Shown in pieces: positions 18,464 through 30,400 of a stretch of DNA of 64,000 nucleotides (the first letter of the stretch is position 1; the number at the start of each line of letters is the position of its first letter). The stretch is taken from IMG/VR virus record IMGVR_UViG_3300042691_046823; one strand, written 5' to 3'. The DNA is from a virus. The translations under genes and the position numbers were made by a program. The notes under the pieces were generated by a model. That model saw only the letters and a list, made by a program, of their open reading frames with translations, searched no databases and had not been told where the DNA came from.

Positions 18464-21400
18464 TTATTCGCCCCGGATGAACCTCGCAGCCAGGGTATCC
18501 GTGACCTGCAGTGGTTGTCCATTGCTGGGTGTACCGTTTCCGGGTTGATACCAACTCTGGGCTATGGTTGTGGGCATGTCGTAGTTGCTAAGATCGTACC
18601 CACCTATGCCAAATCCGGGATATGTTTGATTCTGATACTGTGCAGGTAAGAGGTTGCCCAAACCAATATCATATACCCAGGCTCCGGGTGCATGCTCTGA
18701 CGCACCAGTGCCAGCGGTACCACGGCGCAGACCAAACACTGCTCCCGCAATGGTGAACGACACACGCACAGTGTAACCTATGGGTGGGACTGTAAGGAAT
18801 TGTACTGCTATCCAATCGTCGTTGTTCAACACCACATAGGGCGCGGAAACTTCGACGCCGCCGGGTGTGACCAATACGGCTGTCAAGATACCTTGTCCAA
18901 GCAGGGTATAGTTGGCTCCGCCCAAGGTATAGATCGATGCTCCTGTGCTGATCTCTTCTAAGGCAGCGGTTTCACGGAAGCGATAAGTGATTCGCTCACC
19001 GTCTATAGTGATCTGTCCAAATATGCCATCCGGTAGATTGGGTTGACTCAGATGACTGACCTGTTCTACATAGACCACATCTGATGTGCTCATGACCTGT
19101 GCCACGGTCTTGGTCGTGGTCTCTGGGGTTATGCGATAAACCAACTGTTCTCCACGCATGTCTTGGAATATGCGGAAAGCTTCAGCATCAGGTGTGATGC
19201 TCTGTGTGAAGTTTGTAATGGCCACCACGGATGCTGGGTTGATCGGTGGTCCGGATATGACCACGGCTGTGCCATCCACGTACCAATCTTGATAGGGGAA
19301 TAGATATTCGTTGTCAATGGTAATCAGGAGTCTGTTTGGATTGTCAATGACTCGTCCGGTATCAAACACATTGGTCAGTATTATGGTTCCTGTTCCTTCA
19401 TCAAATGTGGAATCCACAAACGGTGTGCCTTGATCATAGCGTGTGGTATCATAGCCAACGTTGATCTGTGAGCCCTGTGTAGTAGGGCCTACAAAGACTT
19501 GGGTTAGGATATTTTGCTGGCTGGTATCGTTGAAAGTAGTGAATGTCACTACATCTCCCAACAGCGGCAAGAGACTGGCCGTGGGTTTATAGATTAGTGT
19601 AGATCCATCAAGATAGTAATCTGCGGCATGATCCACAGAGATCAGAAGTTGAGCGCCAGGCTCAGGATCAAAACTCAAGGTGATAGTACGGTCTGAACTG
19701 CCATCATATGGATCTAACACAAACTGCACACCATAGGTCAAAGGAGTGTTGTCGATCCAGGCGTAAACTTCGTTGTTACCTATGAGTCCTTGATCGTATC
19801 CACCTCGATTGGGCAAGAAATATGTTCGGCTACTGCCATCCACGGTCCACTGAATGCCTTCGGGTGGTCTGGCTCTACGCCCGTTGATTTCAACCACGAG
19901 ATTGGCAGGGTTGGTACCTTGCACACTGTTGTCCAAGGTCCAGGTCAGTGTGCTGCCGTCGGCGATTTCAGCCTGTATGACCGGAGAACTCCAATCGTGT
20001 GTATATGAATCTTCTTCCAGGCCCATGGCTGCTATGGTCAGCAATTGTGTGTCGTTGTAAGTATTGTTCAGGGTCAGCAAGGTCTGTGTAGTAGAGTATT
20101 GGCTGAATGTATAAGCAGTAGTTGGTTCTCCATTGACATAGATAGCAAATCTATCAATCTGCGCATATGGATACTCCACTATGACGCCATCGTTGACTTG
20201 ATCTCCAATGATGCTGTTTTTCCAAACCTGATTGCCGCCACCCAGGCCATACACATTGATCTGCAGGCTTTCGCCATCCACGATGCCACCCAATATGGTC
20301 ACTGTGCGTGTCGGCCAATTTACAATAAATTGAACGTCTCTTATGAGTCGTAGACCCCAGGTAGCGTTGTAGATTTCAATGACTGTGGGATAATCTACCA
20401 GGTTGGCCCAACTGTACACAGGGCTGGTACTGTCATAAGTGTAGCCCAGCACACGCAAGGGGAATCCATGACCGTCCATCTGCCAGTCTGCACCCGGTGT
20501 GGTAAACACACGCAGATCCAGGGTATCAAATATTATGCCAGGAACCAACTCTTCCGGTGCATGGCTTTCATAGGTATCTACGAAAGCGCCGCCGTCAACA
20601 TTGATATCCGTGTCGGCTGTGCCCGTGGGTATTGGGCCTGTGGCCGGCGTTCCAAAGTAACTTTCATAGATAGCATCCAGGATCGCTGGATCGTATGTAG
20701 GGCGCCCCTCAGGACCATAACTGATGTTGTCATAAGGATTGATGTCATAATTGCCCACATCAAATCCGGTGTTCTGATTGAAATCTGGCGCATCTACCTG
20801 AACTCCTGGATAGTCTATGCCAGTCATCAACAGCGCAAGATCCAGACCAGGCTCGTTGGGGCCAGGAGTGTAGTAACCTTGGGTGCGATCAACGCCATTG
20901 AGATCCCCTGCTGGTACCAGAGTCCATTGTTGCGGATCAAAAGTTGGGCCCACCACGGCAGTGCTGTCGGTGCTGGAAGCCGACCAAACTTTATCTGCGT
21001 ATCGTACCAAGGTACCATCCTCGTACTGCACATTTGGTTCCCAGTTAACTACCTGGCTTGTGTACTCATATCGATCAAACTTGATGGTAGTAGTAAAAGA
21101 TCGCACCAGTGTGTAATAGATCTCAGTGGGGTCTGTAGGATCCCCAGCACTGAAGTCACGTCCGATACCGGTTCCTGTCATCACAGGCACAGCCACAGCA
21201 CCCTGACCGTTGCCGCCTTCCAAGGTCACAGCAGGTGTTACGATATAGCCACTGCCGGGCACAACGATTTCGATCTGCCCTACTTGACCACCGCCCAACA
21301 GACGTGCCACAGCCAATGTACGGGTACCCGCATAGGCCAGTGTGGTTGTACCGTTGACCCTGCTGCCACTGGTAAATCTTGGTTCGCTTTGGCCCGAAAC

Positions 21401-24400
21401 CCCGGCCACTGTAACGGTATACAGATTGTTGTTGAAGAACAACTGCTGGCCTTGAGCGTAGGCTGTGTTTTTCTGCCATTCTGTTCCCACTATCACTGTG
21501 GGAGGCACGGTGTATCCTGTGCCACCATCGACCGTGGTTATAGACTGTACTGCCAGGGTGTAATTGTTGAACCATTGATCCCAGGGGAACGTTGTCCAGA
21601 CTGGATCTGTGCTTGGCACGCTGGATGTTGTGCTGAGAGGCTCTAATGGATCATCATCTAACACCGGTGATATAAACATGGATTCAGCGGTGTCATAATA
21701 AGCCGGTAGATCAAAGTCAGTCAGGCTGCCTTGATATGCATCATTGCCTCGATATATGAGATTGAACTCGCGTATTTGCACGTGATATGGTTTGACCTCT
21801 TGGATGTAATCTAGCACAAAGTCTTGATTGTCTCGGCGATATATTTGATATGGTTCAAGGTCTCGAATCACATGGTCTACGTCAATCAATGACGTCTTGG
21901 TCAACCAAAGTGGTGCCACTTGTTCTTGCAAGATAAAGTTGAACATCAACACTAACAGACGATTTCGCTCGATGCCAAGATCATCTATGAAAATTTCTTC
22001 ATTGAGACTGCGGATGATGTTGCGGGTTTCAATCACGGGTTCTTGGTCAAAATATTGTGCATCAAATACTTCGACGTCAAAACCAAAACGTCCAATGCTG
22101 TAATCCCAGATCTCTGCTTTTATTTCTATGGTACCGTCTTGTAACCCTACCCGAGTCCAGGTCGTGTTTTCCAGGAGATATATCTCCCATTTGTTGCCGC
22201 CGTTTGTAGTGACCTTGGCAGCACTGCCTGGTGGCAGATCCAACTGTGCCAGATCATTGAAATTGGCCACTTCTGCGCTGATCAGCTGGCGAGAATTATA
22301 TCCTGGCAAATACCAATCAATGTAGTTCCAATATAGATTGGTGTCATAGGTTTGTACCCGGACCAACAACAATTCTTTGCTGCCAAACGATGCGCCAGAT
22401 ACCACTTCATAGATAGTCCATAGGCCACTGTTGGTGCTGTCTGTGACCACCAGATACTTGTAGCCAATGGGCACGATTTCTAAATCTTGATAGGTAAGTT
22501 CGGCATAATCTGCCACTCGTTTGTTCCACTGACCACTGCTGACCGTGGGTTCGGGTTCTTGGCTTTGCAACAACGGGAATGTGCGTATCTCGCTGATAGG
22601 ATACAAGGACATCACTCTGTTGGCTCTTGTTAAGTAGTTTTCCAAGGCCAAGAATCTGTTGGCATACATGCTCTGACGAGGCCTGAACTGTACACCATAC
22701 AACTCGCTCACTGGCAAGAAAGGATCCGGAACCTTGTGTCCTTCGATGTCGGCACCACAGAAGCTGTCAAGGAACTTGCGATACAATAGGTCTGTGAGGA
22801 ATCCGTCACGTCGATCTTGCGCAATAAGTTGGTATTCTACATACACTGGGGCATCGTTGGCTGTTTCATCAAATTCCACATGCAAAACTGTGTCTTGTGC
22901 TACGATGTATGGAAGGCCGTTGTATATGGCCACAGTGCTGGCATTGATAGGCGCGATATAAGCTATGCCCGAAGTCTTAGGATCCTGGATATAACGGGCC
23001 ACTGTTTCAATGCTGAGTGTTTTACGAGCCTTGCGATTGACTTCACGTATGCCGCTGACCCAGAAATAATACTGTGTACCAAATAAGCCTGCTTCGTTGA
23101 TACTACTCAAAACAACATAGTTGTTGGTACTGCGCACTTGCCCAGGACCAGCATACTGTGCCGGAGGCACATCGCTGACCACCCATTGATAAACTTCTAT
23201 AGTCGATCCTGGGAACAATTGAGCCCAGCGCCGGCTGGCATAAACGATATCATTCTGATTGGGATCGATGAATCGTGCATTTGTGGTATCCCACCAAATC
23301 TTGCCTACATAGCTTTCGCCCCAGCGCTCGCCATAGTTGTTCAGTGTACCCACATTGTACGCCGCAGGATCAACGCTACCTGTGTAGTCAATGTTTTGCT
23401 GTGCGGCTCCGAGTATCTTGCCCTGTAAAGGATCAATAAAATCAAAATACTGCCTCGAGGCTCCGCTGAATCTATCATACATGAACACGCTGTTTAATCG
23501 TGTGATATCAACCACGGGATTTTGGGTTCGTTTGGCCTGCCAGGCCGGTAGTCTCGCTATGTTAGCAAACTGTTGCACCTGTCCATAATTGGCTTCGGTA
23601 GAATCACCAAGATCTTCTCCTGGAGCACCAACCAATAATATGCCTGTGGTGTAATCTACTGCTGTGCCAAATCTTTCTAACGCAGTGATATCTGAACTGT
23701 AAATCTGTTGGCCGAACACAAACTGACCTTGATTGGTTGCCGAAGCTGATGCCGCTGGCAAGAAGTCAAATATGTAGACCGCTCCGCTTTGTGTCACGGT
23801 GTTGCTGAAAACACAGGTGTTGGCATCAAACACAGTGGTATTGTCATCAAAGGTTGCAAAACCTATGGTGCTGGCATCAGGCGCTCCTACCACAAGATTG
23901 GTGGCGGTTTCAGAAACAAACAAAGACTGTCCAAAATGTGCATAATCTTGCAACAACGGTGCGGTGATAGTTTGCACATCGATATAGGTCGTCAACCCAA
24001 GATCCTGGAACACGGTTCCGGTGCCAGGCCCAACTCTCAATCTGTTAAATGTGAGGGTGGCATTGGCATTTTTTACAGAGATCGTGATGCGGCCACCGAT
24101 CACATTGATCTTGGTGTCATAGGCCGGTGTGAGATTGAATGTAATGGTCTGAGTGTCGTTGTTATAGGTGTAGTTTGTGTTCAATGTTTGCAATACATTG
24201 TCCAAATATACCAATGGCGTGTAGCTATCGGCAGCGCTGTAAAGATCACCAATATTGAATTGTTGAGTGCGTCCGTTACTGATGAATTCTCTATTTTCCC
24301 CCACAGAAACTGTTACATTGGCCACGGCTGCATCCACGATGTCTTGGGCCAGCACAGTGGACCAGTTCACTGGTTTCCAGTATACTGTGTCAGTTATGGC

Positions 24401-27400
24401 AGTTCCCACGGGTACTGTAACACGCGATTGATAGAGATCGCTGCCAATGGAAACTATGATATCTTTGGCATAGGCCAATCCACTGTTCCAGGCGGCAGGA
24501 GATGACACTTCTACAAAGATATTGTTTACAGACAGGTACTGTCCGGGTGTAAGCACGCAATTGCTTATGCTCGAAGTCAAGGTACCATATACACGACCTT
24601 GATTGATCTTGTAATCCACATGGCCATGTTCTGGTATATCTTCGCCATAGTATGGTGCGCCAATGTAGAGACTGCAATCGTTGACGCACTGGTCCACAGC
24701 ATAACCATATTGATCGGCCGCCGCGGCTGCTGGATCCACGAGAGTCTGTTCTAAAGTGAATTGATTGGTTTCTACTGTGAGCACGTCTCCCACGGCAGGT
24801 GCTGTAACCATGGTGATTGTGTTGCCTGAAATAGAATATTGTCCACCCACGTTGTTTGCTTCGTCGACAAGCAATACGCTGTTGAGGAACACGTTGATTG
24901 GTTCCCCAGGATTAGACAGGCTCTGAACTGTAGTAAACGTGGTATTGGTGCTGGTCTGTTGCACAAAGTTTTGTGTTGACCGGTCAAACACATAAACCAA
25001 TCCTTGATTGTTGGTTGCTCCAGGCGCGCCCACGATGAGTTTTCGACCATCGGTGGAAGTGCTTACCGAATAACCAAATCTCGCATCGGCAGATAAGCCA
25101 GCCACTGAGATCGAAGATACCTGTTTCCAATGTGTTTGACAAACCACATTGATAACTGCACCGTTGGTTGGGGCCTGGGTGAATACCAGATCTATACTGC
25201 TATCAGCACCAAAGGTATAATCGTAGTGAGGACGTTGGATCACATCGTTGATGTAAACCGAGAACGATTCTATGCTTGTTGCAAGGTATAAATTGTCCAA
25301 CGAGTAAGTGGTAGTAGATCCGTCGCCTATGAAAAGCTCGCCCACTCGACGACTGATGACCAGGGTCTGTCCTTGTGTGGGCGTTGCCAACAGATTAACG
25401 TTGGTGCCAGACACTGTGAAATCCACTCCCAAAGTTAGATTCACGTTGTTGAGATTCACTGCTAACTGTGTGCCATTGTTTACTACCACATGATCGCTGT
25501 AATTAAATTGTGATGTGCTACCGTCGCAAACATAACGAACGCTTTGCAATTGTATATCTTGCCGGCCGTAACAATACACGCGATTGATTCCAGGGCAGCC
25601 TACATACAACCAATACTCGTCTCGAGCCATGGTCACACTTTGACCAAACAATGCTCCAGGGGCTGTTTCACCGTCTGGCAACAACAATATCTGTGATTGT
25701 AAGAAGGCATTAGTGGCCACAGGATTGTATATCACATAGGCATAACCACGATCACCAAGACTGCGTGGTGCTCCGACTACGGCATAGGTTTGATCGCCCA
25801 TGTCCATGCTGCGACCAAAATCTTTTAATCCCTCGGTCAATGGCTCGATTAGGATACCTTGCTCATAGGCGTTGGTTGCCGCGGTCTTGACATAGGTGTA
25901 GACTGCACCAGTGGCCAACAAGGTGCTGTCATCCACGGCCTGTAGATATCCAGGGGCTCCCACCATGGCAGCAAGATTATTGAATCCTTGAGTCACGCTG
26001 GCACCAAATTGACTACTGCTTTCAGGTTGCGCGATAGGCAACACATCACTGTATGTGAATGGATCGGTTTTTTCCAACACTGTCCAACGGCCGAAACCGT
26101 TGTCATCTACCCAGACCTTGGCACCGGATCGGAGCACATTAACATAACTTAGAGTGCTGACATCTGATGCTTGAGCGACACGGGAAGTGGCCAAGGTAAA
26201 TGCCACACCTTCTCCTATGATCTGTGTCTGGGTGCCCAAAAAAGCCAAGCCAATCAGCAAGGTGTCGAGACTGGGCACACCTAAAACTCGATATGTGCCA
26301 TCAACCACAGGATCAAAATATCTGATCACGATGTAATCATTGACCTTTAAGCCATGTTGCGCAGTCATGGTTACCAAGGATCTGCCATTTAAATTATCGC
26401 TGACCTGCACTACATCGCCAGGAACTTCCTGCAAACGATAGACTCCCCAGTCGTAGCGATTTTTCTTGGCCGTCCATATGGTATCACCTTCTGAAAGCTC
26501 ATCGATCTGTTGATCCAGTGCCAATGAAGTGGCAGCAAAATCTTCAAGATCAAACACAGTAAAATCTACATCTTCAAGATCAACATATCCTGCCGATGGA
26601 AGACTTGCATCTGTCTCTGGTTCCAACGTGGTTGGCATGATATTGGTAGTAGTGAATTTTTCGCTGGATTTCCACAAATCCTGTAGCAACACAGCCTGAT
26701 CAGCTTCACTGATCTGCTGTGTTTGTACGATTTCTACCAGGCTGGGATCGGCACGCAATCTTGCTTCATTGAGCAAGATTTCAAAGTAATTGCGATTGGC
26801 AGTGGCACCATAACTGCTACGCAACATGGCCCAGTATTCATAGATATTGTATTCTGCTGTTTCTTTGCCAAGATCTGCACGGTTGAATTGTTCCAGCGCA
26901 CCAATGGTGCCTTTGGTTCCCAGGAACTGTTGATACAACTGTACCTGGCTGACATCGTCCAGGTTTAAATCCGACATGTACTGTCGCGGACGGAATCCAA
27001 TTAAACCATAGCTAAAGAGATCTACATCGGTTTCGAGATTGGCCTGGCTGACATCGTAGGCAGTGGCCAATTGATCGCTGGCATTGGCTGCATTGGGCAA
27101 CAGCCCTTTCTGTATGAGATCGTAATCGGCCCGGATCCAGATGCTGTAGTCAAACTTGGCCGCGGGCTCGATGATACGGCTTGCCGTCCAATAATCGTTC
27201 TTAAACAGCACTATCTCGCCCTTGGTATACTGCCGATTTGGTTGCCATTCTATGATGTTGTCAAGATTCAGCACGAATCCTGGTGCATTCACTGTGCCAT
27301 TCCAGTCGCCGCTGATGATACCCGACGCTTGCACGCGGCTCTGCCGCGCCCCAGTCACAGGTGAGTAAATTAAATCAGCAAATATGCTGACATTGTCCAA

Positions 27401-30400
27401 GACCACTGTGCTTTCAAACTGTGTGAGTCTGGTGCTTAGGAAGTTGATCGTATTTTCGTTCAGCGTGGTCACGCTGAAGGTATTGTCCATGCGCTCTATG
27501 ACCATCTGTTCCGATTTGATCGGGACACGGTTCTGATTGAGGATAAGATTTTCTGGTCGAGGTTCGGCCATGCTGTCTACTACGTAGCCAGGAGTATCAA
27601 GAGTGGCCTTGATAGCCGATGGATTGAGGTTGATGATAGATCCTGGGGCCCAGCCTTGACCGCTCCAATAAAGGAATTCCTCGGCCATTTGGTACCAATC
27701 CATGGTGTAGCCGTTTTCGCGTGTGGCGAATGTGAAGCCATTCAGCGTGAGATAACGACCATAGCTCAGTAAGAAATCACAAACAGCATTGACATTGGTA
27801 AAGGTATAGCCATAGGGCACTTGCGCTGTATTATCACTATAGTCTACAGACACTCTGGCAGTGACATCGCCTGCTGTGATCAAGCGTAGATTGCCATTGG
27901 GCAGGCTGGCATAGACAGTGAAATAGGGTTTGATCTGATTGTAACCAAACACCTGCCATCCTGTGTCACTGCGCTGGATGATCACGGAACTGTAGGTTAT
28001 TTCGCGTGAGGTTTGATTTTTATACAACAGAACAGTATAACTTTCATCCGGCAGCAAGAGGCTGGCATTGAGACTGTTGGGTGTGCTACGCTCTGTGAAT
28101 ATCTTGAGATATCGCTTGTCACTGAAACCGCCCAGTCTCCAACACAATCTCACTCCAAGGTTAGACAGATCGATTTCAAGTTTTTTAGTACCGTTGGTAC
28201 CCAACTGCCGATTGTAGTCGATGATCCAGTTGATATAACTTGCTTTGCTGGTGCCGTCACCATACAGTGGTGCCAAGCGTGTAGCATCTAATCGATAGCG
28301 ATTATTATAGAGATACTGATCCAACTCGCTGTTGAATGTATACAGATCTCTGTCGGCGAACAGGCTGAAAAATTTGGCTGGTTGTGTCAGCGCCAGCAAT
28401 CGCATTACAGCAAACGGCCATGCGCTGGAGGTGCGCCAGGTATTTTCTACAGGGCCATCATCGCCAAACGCCCAGGATCTGCGGAAACTGGTGGCATCAT
28501 AGTTGCTGACCACGCTGTCTAATGGTGATACCAAGGCTCCCTCAGAGCCCGCCGGAATCACTGCCGACAGATCCGGACGTGCGTAGCGAGGTTTGTAATA
28601 AGGTTGCACGGGATCTCTAACCAGGCCCTGCGCCAGGTCATCCCACAGAACCAAGTTGCCATCGGTATAAGGAGCCGGTCCATAGTATGATTCCCACCAA
28701 TAGGGTTGTTGGCTGAATCCCAGCAGCTCCCAAGGTCTGGTATTGGGATATATTGTGTCATAAAAATAGTTGTAGATCCCGCGCCAAGCGCCCAGCAAAG
28801 GCTGCCGATTGAGTTTGTTTTGGCTCTGTGAATAATTGTAGGTAAACGGATCATCGCCAAGATAAGTCTGGCTTGGATAATCCAACTTGTTCCAACCTAC
28901 CCATGCCAAGAAGTCAGGTGCCAGGATGCTGTTGATCTCTGACAGAGAATAATCTGTGGTGCGGAACTGCCCAGGAATAACGTCTACCAGAGACAGCGGA
29001 ATCTCTGTAACGATCTTGACGTTGTTAAAGATGCGTGTTTCAAATTCCAATAACACCTGATCTCGATAGTCACCAAACGCAACGGTAACGGAACCATCAT
29101 GCCCACGGATGACCATGGTCGGCGTGACAAAAGTTTCATCCAGGTACATCTCAGGTCTATACACCGGGTACAGTCCCATCTTGGATGGTGTGTTGGGCAC
29201 AAAGCTACCATAGGTGGTAGTATACTCGCGGATCTTGATGACGTCACCTACTTGCAAAGGAATCAACACCGTGAGAGTTGGTGTGTCCACTCCCACGGTA
29301 TATTCCGCGCCACGTTGTAGTATGGTGCCGTTGTAGTAAACCGATAGTCCTCGATAGTTGCTGTCGGTAAAATTAAAAGTTTCAGTGAGATCAAACACAT
29401 TGTCACTGATGTCGGTGAAATCGTATATCAGTTCAGTATAGGTTTGACCCCAGGGCAACATGTCCGACCAATAGAAAGGACTAACGCTGTCTCTTCCGGT
29501 GGCTATTTCTGATATTACCGAATCCAAGACCTGTGTGGGTGTGCTGTTGACATAATTGCCTCGGCTGGCAGCATCCAATAATCTTGCCTTGTATTTTTCA
29601 TATTCCCGGCTGTTGAATTCTATAGCCGAGATCACTTCAAACTGACGCTGTCTCAAGAATGGCCCTAGCAAAGGCATAGGGCTGGCATGTTGCACGATGT
29701 TTTCGCCGTAGCGCGAGATATCGCCAAGGTCGCGTGTGTTGTTGGAACCATCGATAGCGCCGCTGATGTTTTTGAGGTTTTGTCCAACGGTCTGGTAATG
29801 TGATCTAATGGTACCCAGGGTAAATTGATCACTGTTTTCATTCAGCGGGTTGTTGCTAAGATTTATTGGAACCTGGTAAAATCCTATGTCGCTGGCTACA
29901 TCGCTCAAGACCTGTACTTCGATAACGGTACCAATGGCCGGAGGATTGATCAAGGTCACAGTGGTTTGGCTACCAGAAACAGTAACGACATAATCCTGCG
30001 GATTCAAGAATGATGCTTGCTGGAATACTTTGACCGACGGAAACACGCTGTCAGTGTCTGCTGGCACATCTAAAATCAAAGGCTCATTGTTGTAAACAAA
30101 TCTAAACTGCTGTCTGCTTCGTGCTGTTCCTGCAGCCGATTCCCAACCAATAAGACTGGTAAATGACACACGATCTATGTACTGCCGTGCAAATCCAAGA
30201 CTGATGTTGACTTCTTTGCTGACCGAATCGGTGACATACAAAAAGGTGTCTTTGTAGAAGTTGTTTTCAAACAGTATGTCGCCAACGTTATTGATGTTCA
30301 AGAATTTGAGACTGAACCCTAAGATCTGATCAACGATATCAGTTTCGCCAATGGCATAACTGAAAAGTTTAGTTCCAGCAAAGGTTGTGCTGGGATAGGT

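Noticed and set aside
20468-21646. 392-aa plus-strand ORF and other antisense ORFs within the giant gene
   Set aside because: Fully nested opposite a well-supported CDS; no recognisable domains.
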